Of a DNA stretch of 64,000 nt, positions 31,151-41,321 are shown piece after piece (within the stretch, counting starts at the first letter, position 1; every line of letters begins with the position of its first letter). This stretch comes from a virus (taxonomy: Duplodnaviria > Heunggongvirae > Uroviricota > Caudoviricetes): IMG/VR virus record IMGVR_UViG_3300032007_000002; one strand, 5' to 3'. The notes below the pieces were generated by a model. That model had not been told where the DNA came from and ran no database searches. It worked only from the letters and a program-made list of their open reading frames with translations. A program made the translations under genes and the position numbers.

Positions 31151-32636
31151 CATACTCGTAGATGCGGTCGCGACCCTAGCGATGAAGGACCCGGGAATTC
31201 TCCGGGTCTGGTCGCTTATACATCCTGTCATTGACGACAGGTCTGACATAGCATACAAGTCAAGGATTGACGGAGACCACCTGGCCTTCGTGTACAATCC
31301 GGCGCTACTGGAAAAGGTGGGATGCCGAATGGCTTCCCGCTTCGTCTACATGGAGTGCCTGCGCCTCCTGCTCGGGCATTACGACAAGCGCAGGAAGCCG
31401 GACATGGCCATCTGCAAGCTGGCGAGCGACATAGTTACCGGGACGATTACGATGCGGGCCATACCGCCCGACGGAGAGACTGCGGGCATCACTAGCCTGG
31501 TGCCGACATACGACAAGTATGTCAACGTTCTTGCCCGGCACCGCATCAGCTACCCGAACGAGAACTTCACGATAGAAGCCATCTACGACGCCCTGATGGA
31601 GGAGAACGAGACAATCCCCGAACCCATCGCTGACGCCGAGAAGGAAAACCCTGGCCCGGAAGGCGAGCCGGGCGATAAACAGCAACCTCCCGACGATAGC
31701 CGGGAAAGGAAGGACGAATCCGATGAAAGCAAGACTGGCGAAACTAATAAAGCTGATGGCGGAAGCGCTGGCGGAGATGGTGACGGTGAACTATCTGGCG
31801 AGTGTGACGGGTCTCCCTGCGATCCTGATGGACCTGATAACTCTTCGGATGAACAGGAAGAACAGGATGAAGCTAACGCTGCTGGCGGGTCTGCTTGCAA
31901 TGGCGACGGTGACGGCACGCCGTCACGGGAAGAAATTATCCAGGACGTTTTTAGATACGTGCCGCCTGATGGCGCATGGAACGGAACCGATGACACCGAG
32001 TCCCAAATCCGAAATATCGTTGACGAGCTTGAACGCTCGGGTTCACTCCGAAAAATCGTAGGGGCGTCGCTGCTCGGCGCGGTCCTGCACAGGTTCGACA
32101 CTGCGGTCAAGAAGATGAAGAACACGCTGCGCAGGTTCACTACGAGCGTGGCCAGTGTCCATACCGAGGAGAGTTGGATGCGCCCGAACCGCCGGTATGA
32201 CGACGACATGCCCGGTTACAGGACGGTTTCCCGCCCGAGGGTCCTGCTTGCCGTGGACGTATCGGGGTCGATGGAGATCAATGTACAGAAGGTAATTGAC
32301 ATCCTGCGCCAGGTGCTGCGGGTGTTCGACCTGGACGTGTGTTTTTGGAATGAGAATTGTACAGAACCCGTGCAGGGGAAGATTGGCCTTGTCCAGGTAC
32401 CGTCACCGTTCGGCGGAACCCGACCGGAGTGCGTCATGGAACTGGTGCGCGGGGGTAGGACGAGGTATGACGGGTTTGTGTTTGTGACGGATTGCGACTT
32501 CACATGGTTGGAGCGCCCGCCCGAGTGGAAGAAGATTGCGTTCATCCGCATGCCGAGCATAGACTTCGGTGACGCGCCGTGCAGTTTCCCCGATTGGAGC
32601 ATTTTCCAGATAGATAGCGAGGAAATTGGTGTATGA
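31134..32636 (+). CDS. DUF2201-like / VWA domain protein
   Basis: YNP...MECLRLLLGH, acidic linker, WMRPNRRY, DVSGSM (MIDAS), GGT, VTD. Confidence 0.7.
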   Translation: MRTSSSILVDAVATLAMKDPGILRVWSLIHPVIDDRSDIAYKSRIDGDHLAFVYNPALLEKVGCRMASRFVYMECLRLLLGHYDKRRKPDMAICKLASDIVTGTITMRAIPPDGETAGITSLVPTYDKYVNVLARHRISYPNENFTIEAIYDALMEENETIPEPIADAEKENPGPEGEPGDKQQPPDDSRERKDESDESKTGETNKADGGSAGGDGDGELSGECDGSPCDPDGPDNSSDEQEEQDEANAAGGSACNGDGDGTPSREEIIQDVFRYVPPDGAWNGTDDTESQIRNIVDELERSGSLRKIVGASLLGAVLHRFDTAVKKMKNTLRRFTTSVASVHTEESWMRPNRRYDDDMPGYRTVSRPRVLLAVDVSGSMEINVQKVIDILRQVLRVFDLDVCFWNENCTEPVQGKIGLVQVPSPFGGTRPECVMELVRGGRTRYDGFVFVTDCDFTWLERPPEWKKIAFIRMPSIDFGDAPCSFPDWSIFQIDSEEIGV

Positions 32637-32684
32637 CGTTGTATCACGCGTAAGATTTTTGTATATTTTAGACAGGAGTAAACC

Positions 32685-33497
32685 ATGGTCAGAACAGACG
32701 ATACCAACATTTTGGTGCTTGGCGACATTCATTTGGGTGTTGACTACGAGGGGAAATATAACACGGAAGAGCAATTTGCCGCGGTTATCAACCGTGCGCA
32801 CTCCGTATTGCCTTCCGGTTATGATGCGGTTGTGTTCAACGGGGATCTTGCGAGCGAGAACGCCCCGGTTGACGTTTATCACCGTATTCTGAAACAGGGA
32901 AAGAAGTTGTGCAAGCCGGCAGGCCGTGTGCTGGTTACGCCGGGCAACCACGACAATCGCGAGGCCCTTTCCCAGGCCTATGCCGCAATCAACCCGGATG
33001 ATGGACTTGAGGCAATGAACTTGAAGGTTCCCGGCAAGCAGTTCACCAATATCCCTGTCGGAAGTCTTACGCTCGTCCTGCTGGACAGCGGTGACGGCAT
33101 GCCGGTGGAAGGTATTGTCCGATTGGGCAAGTTCGTGTTTGGAAAGGGCAGTTCGGTCAATCGTCATGACGTGGTGATGTTTACCCACCGCCCGTTCGAA
33201 TGCAAAGGCCATCTCTATCATCGTTTCATGAACGATAAGATGCTCCCTGCCGAAATGTGCGATTATGTGGATCAGTATATCGGGACTTATGTCGCATCCC
33301 ACCTGCACTGCGAATCCAGGTTCGAGACCCACGGGTTTGCCGCTATGGTAACTCCGGGCATCCAGTGCCAGATTGATCCGTTCAGGAAGGATTTCGACGG
33401 AATTGCGATGCCTGGGTTCACGGTGATGTCCGCATCCCGCCACTCCAATGCGACTATTGACTTTGATACATTCTATGTGGAGGACCCAAATGGGTAG
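32685..33497 (+). CDS. metallophosphoesterase, CpdA/Icc-like
   Basis: GDIH, NGDLA, PGNHD, LLDS, THRP, SHLH, CQ...PGF. Confidence 0.75.
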   Translation: MVRTDDTNILVLGDIHLGVDYEGKYNTEEQFAAVINRAHSVLPSGYDAVVFNGDLASENAPVDVYHRILKQGKKLCKPAGRVLVTPGNHDNREALSQAYAAINPDDGLEAMNLKVPGKQFTNIPVGSLTLVLLDSGDGMPVEGIVRLGKFVFGKGSSVNRHDVVMFTHRPFECKGHLYHRFMNDKMLPAEMCDYVDQYIGTYVASHLHCESRFETHGFAAMVTPGIQCQIDPFRKDFDGIAMPGFTVMSASRHSNATIDFDTFYVEDPNG

Positions 33498-33975
33498 TTC
33501 GCTCGAAACCGAAAACAGTACGAAAGCTCATCCGCCGATTGACGCAGAAGTCAAGGCGTGTGTCCTTAAATATTTCCGCAAGGCCAAGGCCCGCGGCGAC
33601 GTGTTCAGCTGGAAGAAGCAACTTCCGTCCGAGTTCACGAAAAATCCGCTCCTTACCGATGCGGCAAACGTCCAGGCGAAGAAGGACTATTTGGAATGGA
33701 ACAAGGGTCTCAAGTACACGTTATTCTTGAACCAGACTTTGGCGAATAATGTTACAGATTCGACATGCGACGATGTGTATGCTTCCTTGACGTTGCAAGT
33801 CTTTTCCGACCGTGCGCCGGAACTGTTCGTGTTTATCCATACGAACCGCATCAAGGACTCCAAGCCGGATGCGTCGGGGCGCCCGGTATTCCATGGACGA
33901 GTTACCGAGTATTACTACTGCGACGGTTCCGACCTCTCGTGGTTTGATGAAATTTCACCTGCACCAAAGGATTGA
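33490..33975 (+). CDS. hypothetical protein
   Basis: GGAGG before ATG 33490; operonic. Confidence 0.6.
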   Translation: MGSSLETENSTKAHPPIDAEVKACVLKYFRKAKARGDVFSWKKQLPSEFTKNPLLTDAANVQAKKDYLEWNKGLKYTLFLNQTLANNVTDSTCDDVYASLTLQVFSDRAPELFVFIHTNRIKDSKPDASGRPVFHGRVTEYYYCDGSDLSWFDEISPAPKD

Positions 33976-34940
33976 TGATGGCAAAGACAACCAAGAACGA
34001 CAAGCTCACGGAAATGCTTGCGAAGGAGAAGATCGAGTGCTATGCCGACGGCATCGGCAACTTCGGCTACACCTTCAACGGCTATTCCCTCGGCGGCTAC
34101 ACCGACGGCGACCCCGCGGTTTCCGTTTACTTCAAGTGGATGCTCAACGGCAAGCTCGGCGGCAAGAAGGACAAATACTGCTCCGACGATACTCTCGTCG
34201 GCTCGGAAGCGAAGTCCTATCCGCACGAAGAGTGGGATCGCATGCGCATGACGACGCCGAAAGCAATCGCGGCAATCATTATCGAAGCGAAGCAGGCCTT
34301 GCTGAAGGAATACCCGCTCGCCAAGAAGTTGAAGCAGTCCCCGACCAGCGGCCCCATCCGCAAGAACCTCCTCGTGGTGTTCGAGGGAGTGGACAACTCC
34401 GGGAAAACCACGATTTCCAAGCGTCTCCGCGCGAAGATGCCGTGGTTCCACTGGTCCAAGGAGCCGCGTTTCAGCACGAAGTATGCCGACTACCTCAATT
34501 CCGATGCCTTCAAGGGGAAGGATGCCGCCCGCGAAGTCAAGTATCTCCGCGGCCGTCTCGAACAGCAGGATTTCTACAACTCCTGCCCGGTGATGCTCGA
34601 CCGTTATCTCTGGACGGGCCTCGCCTACGCCAAGACGTTCTCCCCGAGCATCTTCAACTTTTGCGAAGCGCTCTATACGGAGTTTGAAATCTTCAAGAAG
34701 CCGGACATCATCTTCTACATGCGCACCCCGCTGGCCACTTGCTATGACCGCGAGCCCGCGTTGAAGAAGACCCCGGGCCGTCTCGAACGCATCGAGAAGG
34801 CATACGACGATACCAAGGCCCTCCTTGCCGACAAGGTCCCGATTGTCGAGGTCGATGGCCGCATGTCCATCAAGGAATGCGTGGATTTCTGCTACAACGA
34901 AATCGTGAAGCGGTTCCCGGACCAGACGGTCGTCAAGTAA
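33975..34940 (+). CDS. tmk: thymidylate kinase with N-terminal extension
   Basis: VFEGVDNSGKTT P-loop, KEP, DRY, KPD. Confidence 0.85.
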   Translation: MMAKTTKNDKLTEMLAKEKIECYADGIGNFGYTFNGYSLGGYTDGDPAVSVYFKWMLNGKLGGKKDKYCSDDTLVGSEAKSYPHEEWDRMRMTTPKAIAAIIIEAKQALLKEYPLAKKLKQSPTSGPIRKNLLVVFEGVDNSGKTTISKRLRAKMPWFHWSKEPRFSTKYADYLNSDAFKGKDAAREVKYLRGRLEQQDFYNSCPVMLDRYLWTGLAYAKTFSPSIFNFCEALYTEFEIFKKPDIIFYMRTPLATCYDREPALKKTPGRLERIEKAYDDTKALLADKVPIVEVDGRMSIKECVDFCYNEIVKRFPDQTVVK

Positions 34941-35088
34941 GTCTGTAGCCATAAGAAATCCGTTGTGTGCACAACCTGTTGATACGTGAAAAATACACAA
35001 TATTTTGTGTTTTTCAGCAAAAATGGGTTGCCACATGACGGGTTTTTGCTATATTTCAGTAAGGAAAATGTAATACAGCACACTACGT

Positions 35089-35883
35089 ATGCAACCGATT
35101 AAAGAAACCCCAGCAGTTGCAATGTACATTAAGGCCATTGCGAAGACAACGCCACTGACGAGGGACGAGGAGGTCGTCCTCACTACCTTGGCCAGGAGGG
35201 GCAACCGCGCGGCCAGGAAGCGCGTCATGGAGGCAAACATGAGGTTCGTCCTGGGTGTCGCGCTGACATACAAGACTTCCCCGCTCGGTGTCGGCGACAT
35301 GGTGAACGAGGGAATGATGGGACTGTCCCGGGCAATCGACAAGTTCGACCCGAAGACCGGCATGAAGTTCATCAGTTACGCTGTGTGGTGGATCCGTTCA
35401 TACATCGGCAAGGCGATTAACGAGTACGGGTATTCCGCAATCCGCCTTCCCGCGAACAAGTACAAGAAGCTGTTTACGTCGATGACCACCGGGGACACGT
35501 CCAAGCTGAACAAGCAGGAAATCGAGATGCTTCCCCTGATGTATCGCCCGTCGAACCTGGACATGCCGGTCGATGGCGATTCCGATACCAACCTTAGTGA
35601 AATGATTGGGGACCCGAACTCCCTCAGCGCAGTTGACAGCCTTGACGCTGCCGAACGCGACACGCTCGTGAAGGAACTGCTCGCCGAAATGCCGGAACCT
35701 GCCCGGAAGGCGGTTGAACAGCATTTCTTCGAGAACTGTTCGTCGGATGAACTCCAGATGGACTTGAAGCTGAGCCGCGAGCGCATTCGCCAGATCAAGA
35801 ACCGTGCGATTGACAGGCTCCGCAATTCCCGGACCCAGCATGACAGCCGGGTGGGGGAACTACTTCGCGAGCTCGCCACTTAG
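35089..35883 (+). CDS. phage sigma-70 family RNA polymerase sigma factor
   Basis: Region 1.2 (YIKAI), region 2 (ANMRFV, DMVNEG, KFDP...KFISYAVWWIR), IRLP, region 4 (LSRERIRQIK). Confidence 0.92.
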   Translation: MQPIKETPAVAMYIKAIAKTTPLTRDEEVVLTTLARRGNRAARKRVMEANMRFVLGVALTYKTSPLGVGDMVNEGMMGLSRAIDKFDPKTGMKFISYAVWWIRSYIGKAINEYGYSAIRLPANKYKKLFTSMTTGDTSKLNKQEIEMLPLMYRPSNLDMPVDGDSDTNLSEMIGDPNSLSAVDSLDAAERDTLVKELLAEMPEPARKAVEQHFFENCSSDELQMDLKLSRERIRQIKNRAIDRLRNSRTQHDSRVGELLRELAT

Positions 35884-37566
35884 CTGTTTCTGTGTCGGTA
35901 TTACTACCTTGGACAGTGCTGATGTCATGGAACTTGATTCCAGTCGGGCGAGAGCTTTTTGCTCCGCCTTTACTGCATCGTCTCCCATTGCCGCGATGGT
36001 GCGGTTTGCTTCCAGGGCGATGCCGTTGGAGAATTCCAGTTCGAGGCCGTTGAGGAAGCCGAGCGGCTTGACTTCGCCATAGAACATGTCGTTGTTGACA
36101 TAGTACAGGCACCAGCAGGTGGCCATGACGTGGTCGTCGTTCGTGCCCGCGCTGGAACCCCAGGTGTTCTGGGTAAGGCGGGTAAATGTCATGAACTCGT
36201 CGATTGTCTGCTTGTCGTGGAGTTTCAGGTAGCCTCGTTCCACATACAGTTTCGCGAGCATGACCGCCTGCTGCTTGATCTGGTTGTTCACCCACAGGCC
36301 GCGGAGTTCGTCGTCGTAGTTCTGTATATTGTCGTAGCCGATAGGCTCGTTGAAGAGCACGCCGTATGCGCGGGAGCCCGGGCCGTTGTATTCGAAGGTC
36401 AGCGGCGGGTTTCCGTAGACGGACAGGAGTTCGGCCGCGCATTTGCAGAAGTCTTCGATGGTGACCTTGTTGCTGGACAGAACGGCGACCTGTTCCAGCT
36501 CGATGTTGGACTTCGCGAGCATGATTTGGAGGACGTGGTTGTCCTTGCGCATACCGTAGGACGGGTCGAGCGCGGCGACATAGACCCAGCCGCGGCGTTC
36601 GATTTCTGCCGGGTGTATCGGTTCCATGTATATGCGGAGGTCGTTCTGCTCGAAGCCGGAAGGCAACGAGACGTATGGCAGCTGAAGCGGCTCGTCCGGG
36701 TTCAGCTTTTGCAGTATCTTGAAGTCGATAAGCGTGATGGCGGAGCCGATGAACTCGCACTCGTATTCCTGCCTGAAACGCATTTCGCCGATACGTTCCA
36801 GTTCGTGCTGGCCCCATTCGGGAGTTCGGCCCGGAACCTCGTGCCAGAGCACCACCGATCGGACATACTTGTTTTCGAGGTCTTCGCGCGATGCCGTCTT
36901 CTCGTCCACTGCCTGCTGCCACATCTCGTAGAAGAAGTTCATGCCCGCGGGCGTGGACGTTATGATGATGCGGCTGGTCTTACCTGACGTGATTGTCGGC
37001 ATCACCGATGCGCAGAACTCGCTCGCCATCTTGGGACGGAGGAACGCAAATTCGTCGAGGTAGAGGAGGTTGAGGGAATAACCACGGACACCGTCCGGGG
37101 TCGTTGCCGCGATGAGGACGCGGGTCTTGGTGGTGAACTCCACCGACAGCTTGTTCCAGAGCGTCACACCGGGCTGCATCCAAAACGGGAGGGCCAGGTA
37201 GGTTTCACGGAACTGCTGGAGCTGTTCCTTCGCGAGGGACAGCTTGTTGCCGAGCATCATGATGGTCTTGCGCCGCTTGAACACGGCGAACCAGAGGATG
37301 AACGCGCGGACGACGGTGGACTTACCCACCTGGCGGGACCACTTGTTGATATTGAAGCGGTATTTGAGGAAACGGAGGATTGCCTCTTTCTGGTATGGAT
37401 AGAGCTTCATCAGCTGGAAGCCGTTGTCCAGGGTGTTGATGTAAACGTAGTGCTCGATGAAGTATATCGGGTCGTTGACACACTTCTTGATTTCGTCGAG
37501 CATCCACAGTTTCATCTCGACTTTGTCGCGCGAATCGCGCAGGTTGTCTATACCGTTGAAAGGCAT
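35860..37566 (-). CDS. terL: terminase large subunit (T4 gp17-like)
   Basis: DPIYF, LYPYQ, SRQVGKST Walker A, LLYLDE Walker B, TSTPAG.NFFY, FRQEYEC, LDPSYG, DDHVMA. Confidence 0.93.
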   Translation of the reverse strand: MPFNGIDNLRDSRDKVEMKLWMLDEIKKCVNDPIYFIEHYVYINTLDNGFQLMKLYPYQKEAILRFLKYRFNINKWSRQVGKSTVVRAFILWFAVFKRRKTIMMLGNKLSLAKEQLQQFRETYLALPFWMQPGVTLWNKLSVEFTTKTRVLIAATTPDGVRGYSLNLLYLDEFAFLRPKMASEFCASVMPTITSGKTSRIIITSTPAGMNFFYEMWQQAVDEKTASREDLENKYVRSVVLWHEVPGRTPEWGQHELERIGEMRFRQEYECEFIGSAITLIDFKILQKLNPDEPLQLPYVSLPSGFEQNDLRIYMEPIHPAEIERRGWVYVAALDPSYGMRKDNHVLQIMLAKSNIELEQVAVLSSNKVTIEDFCKCAAELLSVYGNPPLTFEYNGPGSRAYGVLFNEPIGYDNIQNYDDELRGLWVNNQIKQQAVMLAKLYVERGYLKLHDKQTIDEFMTFTRLTQNTWGSSAGTNDDHVMATCWCLYYVNNDMFYGEVKPLGFLNGLELEFSNGIALEANRTIAAMGDDAVKAEQKALARLESSSMTSALSKVVIPTQKQLSGELAK

Positions 37567-37582
37567 CCTTTTCTAGTGTCTC

Positions 37583-38191
37583 CTAGATTGGCATGGTCCG
37601 GCACAGCTCCTTGTTGCCGGGCGTCCACACGAACCATGCGTGGCACATTGTAGTGGCCCATCGCTTGCCGTTCTCGTCGGTGGGCTGGCCGTTGTTCCAT
37701 GTCGGCATGCGCTTCGAGAACGGGAAGCAGTATGCCGGCGGGTATTTAATCAAGTCGTCCTTGCGTTTCTCCCCTTCCCAGTATTGCACTTTGAGGAACA
37801 TGGCGAGGATGCCGGTGTCCGACAGTAGGGAGCGGCATTTCTGCACGAACTCCAGCGCCATCGAGTAGGGAGGGTTGCTGACGATGAGGTCGAATTTCTT
37901 GCCCGACAGGTCGGCGGACAGGAAGTCGTGGACGATGGTTCCCGGATAGCCGCGGTCCACTATGTCCATGCAGGTAGTTTCCGTCACTCCCGGGAAGAGG
38001 TTGAGCGTCCGTCCGGCGATATTGCCGTTACCGACGCAGGGTTCGAGGAATGACTTTGGCGCTTCCGGGCAGGCGCCTACCGTTTTCAGCGCATCGAACA
38101 GCTTGGTCACCGCTTCCGGGTCGGTTGCATAGAAGTCGTTGTCGACACGTCCGTTTTCCGGGTTCCCCCCGGCCAGTTTTCCACCTTGCAT
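37583..38191 (-). CDS. DNA adenine methyltransferase-like protein
   Basis: DFYAT, LEPCVGNG SAM-binding motif, SNPPY. Confidence 0.8.
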   Translation of the reverse strand: MQGGKLAGGNPENGRVDNDFYATDPEAVTKLFDALKTVGACPEAPKSFLEPCVGNGNIAGRTLNLFPGVTETTCMDIVDRGYPGTIVHDFLSADLSGKKFDLIVSNPPYSMALEFVQKCRSLLSDTGILAMFLKVQYWEGEKRKDDLIKYPPAYCFPFSKRMPTWNNGQPTDENGKRWATTMCHAWFVWTPGNKELCRTMPI

Positions 38192-38193
38192 AG

Positions 38194-38427
38194 TTATCCT
38201 TGGATGATGTATTTTACGGCTGCGCACAGGAAGGTTGCCAGCACCGCCAGCGCAGGCATGCCGAGGGCGGTGTACCAGAAGGCGCGGCGGAAGGACCAGG
38301 TTTCCGTTTCGAGGTGATATATCTTGATAGTGCTCATGGCTATCATGAATTCGAGACGAACGAAAATCCCCGCAAGTTGCAGGGCGTTGACATAAGGCTG
38401 GTTGTATTTAGGCAGATCTGCTATCAT
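38194..38427 (-). CDS. small membrane protein
   Basis: Two hydrophobic segments; operonic. Confidence 0.5.
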   Translation of the reverse strand: MIADLPKYNQPYVNALQLAGIFVRLEFMIAMSTIKIYHLETETWSFRRAFWYTALGMPALAVLATFLCAAVKYIIQG

Positions 38428-38453
38428 GGGAGTCCCTTGGTTATGGGCTGAAA

Positions 38454-38918
38454 CTAGGTTTTGGGGCGGGGTTTCCTTTCCTCGTGCAGGATGTCAAGCA
38501 GTTCCTGCGGGACCCATTTATCAACCAGTTCCTTCACTTCGGGGCTGGCTTCCATGTAGCCGTAAGGTGCATACATCCTGAACTCGAACGAGGATGCGAT
38601 GTCGTCAATGACGGTCTGGCGCTTCTCGGGAGGGAGGATGTAGCGTTCGGGTTCGCCGGTCGGCGAGTAGATTGGATCCATGAAGCCGTCCCGGAACAGG
38701 GAGACAAGCTGCAACAGCCACTTGCCGTCCTTGCCCTCGGGGCGTTCATCATAGAAGTCCCATACCAGTTCGGTGTGGGCGATTGGGTCGTATTCCAGGG
38801 ATACGTGCGGCCCCTCGAACAGGGCATTCCCGAAGCAGGCTGCCGCGCACTCGCACAGCGCCTTGCGGGTCGTCTCGCTGAGGCGGGCTGACTTGACGTA
38901 TTCCTGGAACTTGCTCAT
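38454..38918 (-). CDS. late protein with shared N-terminal leader
   Basis: Leader ends GNALFEG; coupled to the upstream late gene. Confidence 0.6.
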   Translation of the reverse strand: MSKFQEYVKSARLSETTRKALCECAAACFGNALFEGPHVSLEYDPIAHTELVWDFYDERPEGKDGKWLLQLVSLFRDGFMDPIYSPTGEPERYILPPEKRQTVIDDIASSFEFRMYAPYGYMEASPEVKELVDKWVPQELLDILHEERKPRPKT

Positions 38919-40330
38919 TAGAAGCCGCCCATGAAGCTGCCGGAGCCGCTCAGGCCGGTCCCGATGCCGCGGTTGGCTTTCCAGAGGTCGTTGGACTTGA
39001 TCTTGCCGACGTCGCGACCGGTCTTGTTGCCTTCCTTGTCAGTCGTGTCCATCGTGGAGACGCGGACGTTGTTCGCGTAGTCGCGGAGCTGCGGGGCAAG
39101 ACGCTTGGCGATGAACTCGGTGAACTTGTTCGGGCGGACGAACCACTTGGTGATGTCGCCTTCGCTAACCTTGTCGAGCTCCCCGAGCGGGATGTCGTTG
39201 ATCTTGTCGGCAGCGATCTTTGCGAGCGAGGTCATGAGGGCGTCGCCCTGACGGGGCGGATAGCCGGCGAGGACGGCGAGGGTGTTGAACGAGCCGCTTT
39301 CCGGCTTGCCGATTGCACGGAGAATCCACTGGTAGTTCACAGCGTATTCACCGCCCTTGTACTTGCCGAGGGTGTTGCTGTTGTCAACTTCGAAGTTGCG
39401 GACGTAGACCTTGGTGGACTGGGCATAGGGGCCGAGTGCAGCCTTGACCGCTTCCGCAATCTTCGGGAGGATTTCCTTGTCGTCGGTGTCGATTGGCTGG
39501 ATTTCGTAAACGCAGCCGTTCGGCTTGATGTCGCCTTCGAAGGTGAACGAGACGTTTTCGTCGAACTCTTCGCCTGTGGCGTCCTTGATTGCACCCTGGA
39601 TGCGGCTGGTGACAATCATCGCGTGGTGCTGGTCACCGGTGTAGGCGATGATGATGCCGGGGTAGTTGTTGGCGTTGAGGGTGTTGTAGTAATAGTCGTA
39701 GGTGTCCTTGACGGTATCGCCCGTGACGCCCGACGTGTTGTCTTGCACGGGTTCCTGGATGGCCTTCTTGACCGGACGACCGGACGAGGCTTCCTTCTTC
39801 GGGGCCGGCTTCGGAGCCGGGGCTGCCGGGGCAGGCATCATCGTGTCGGCGTAGGTCTTGAGGTGGGCGAGCGCGTCGTTGAACCCTTCGAGGATGCCGT
39901 GGACAGGGGCGATTACGTCACTGCCTGCGCCATAACGGGCGTTGTCCGGGTCGTAGATGCCGCCACGGATTTCTTCCAGCTTCGCGATGTGGCGGTGGAG
40001 GTCGCGCGGATCGACGTCGCCCTTGCCGACGAGGTCGTTGAGGAGGCCAATCGTGTTGCCGATGTCTTCCTTGGCGAGGGAGAACTTCTGCTTGCCGAAC
40101 TTGTTGTCGAGACGGTTGAACGCCTTGAAGAACGCTTCGGAAAGGTTGTCAACGTAGTTGGTGAGGGTGTCCGCGTCCGGGTTTCCGGCAGCGACGTCTT
40201 CCTGGATGGCTTCCTTGACGTCGGCTTCCACCATGACGTATGCGCCGTGGATGTTCTTCGCTTCCGCCGGGTTGATGGCTTCAAGCATTGCTGTGTAGCT
40301 CTTGAAGTCGGAAAGTGCTGGAATGAGCAT
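38918..40330 (-). CDS. late protein, putative internal virion protein
   Basis: Variant TCTAAACT upstream; MLEA and MVEA sites; start MLIPAL. Confidence 0.6.
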   Translation of the reverse strand: MLIPALSDFKSYTAMLEAINPAEAKNIHGAYVMVEADVKEAIQEDVAAGNPDADTLTNYVDNLSEAFFKAFNRLDNKFGKQKFSLAKEDIGNTIGLLNDLVGKGDVDPRDLHRHIAKLEEIRGGIYDPDNARYGAGSDVIAPVHGILEGFNDALAHLKTYADTMMPAPAAPAPKPAPKKEASSGRPVKKAIQEPVQDNTSGVTGDTVKDTYDYYYNTLNANNYPGIIIAYTGDQHHAMIVTSRIQGAIKDATGEEFDENVSFTFEGDIKPNGCVYEIQPIDTDDKEILPKIAEAVKAALGPYAQSTKVYVRNFEVDNSNTLGKYKGGEYAVNYQWILRAIGKPESGSFNTLAVLAGYPPRQGDALMTSLAKIAADKINDIPLGELDKVSEGDITKWFVRPNKFTEFIAKRLAPQLRDYANNVRVSTMDTTDKEGNKTGRDVGKIKSNDLWKANRGIGTGLSGSGSFMGGF

Positions 40331-40474
40331 AGGTTTACCTGTTTTGGCTGGTGTTTTGTTCCATAGTTTAGAACTTCTGGCCCGCATTTTGCTATATTTC
40401 AGAGTGGCCGGACGTGCCCCCGGGGGTCGGGGGCCTCCGTCCGGTGGGAAATATCCAAGAAAAGGTAACATATC

Positions 40475-41077
40475 ATGCCTCTAAATATAAGACAGAAACC
40501 AGAGATTGCACGACAGAGCACGCCTATGTTAAAGTTGAAGGCGGGCGATTATTCCGGCAACATTGCAGCTATCCTCAAGACCAAGAATGGCCCTGAAGGA
40601 ACCATTAAGATTTTGCTCCAACTTGTGTCCCCGATCGGGGTATGCTATGTAACCACGCCACCGTTCCAGTTATCCTTGGACGAGCGTGGTTTCTTCTTTA
40701 ATTTCTTGCGCGGATATGCCGGCGTCGCCGACTCGGATGGCCTCGTTGGCTGGATGGAGACGTTCCGCTACCCGGACGGCACCAAGATGGTCGATTCCAA
40801 CGGGAACTTTGACGAACGCTCGCTGATTGGCCTCCCGGTCTATGCCACTGTGGATGTCCACAACATTTCCCCGAAAATGGGGTCGAAGTTCCGAACCCAG
40901 CAGGTCACGGCAATCCGTTCCGCACCGAACTCGTTTAAGCTGGACCCGCAGTGGCTCATCCCGAGCTCGTTCGGCGAACCGAAATACGACATCGCGTTTG
41001 CGCGGGAACTGGAACAGGACGAACCGCTCCCGTATGACAGCAATGACCAGGATGGTTTCGATGGCAGTGATTGCTGA
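40475..41077 (+). CDS. hypothetical protein with acidic tail (possible SSB-like)
   Basis: Early motif upstream; beta-rich core and acidic C-terminus. Confidence 0.5.
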   Translation: MPLNIRQKPEIARQSTPMLKLKAGDYSGNIAAILKTKNGPEGTIKILLQLVSPIGVCYVTTPPFQLSLDERGFFFNFLRGYAGVADSDGLVGWMETFRYPDGTKMVDSNGNFDERSLIGLPVYATVDVHNISPKMGSKFRTQQVTAIRSAPNSFKLDPQWLIPSSFGEPKYDIAFARELEQDEPLPYDSNDQDGFDGSDC

Positions 41078-41321
41078 ACAGGGCCTTGCGCAGAAGCTGC
41101 TGCGCCTCGCGATGGATGCCGTGTATCACGACAGCCTGACGAGCATGCAGAAGGGGGAGAGCACTGACGAAAACGTCCAGTCGGTCAAGTCCCGCCTGTG
41201 CGATTTTGTCGATGCGGTAAAGGAAGACATGCTGTCCGGTGAACTGGACCCGTTTACCACGGATCCTACCAAATGGCTACTGAAAAAAGGTTTCATTAAG
41301 GAAACGAAAGATGGACTATAA
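41061..41321 (+). CDS. hypothetical protein
   Basis: Fills the gap before ligA; start MAVIAE. Confidence 0.5.
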   Translation: MAVIAEQGLAQKLLRLAMDAVYHDSLTSMQKGESTDENVQSVKSRLCDFVDAVKEDMLSGELDPFTTDPTKWLLKKGFIKETKDGL

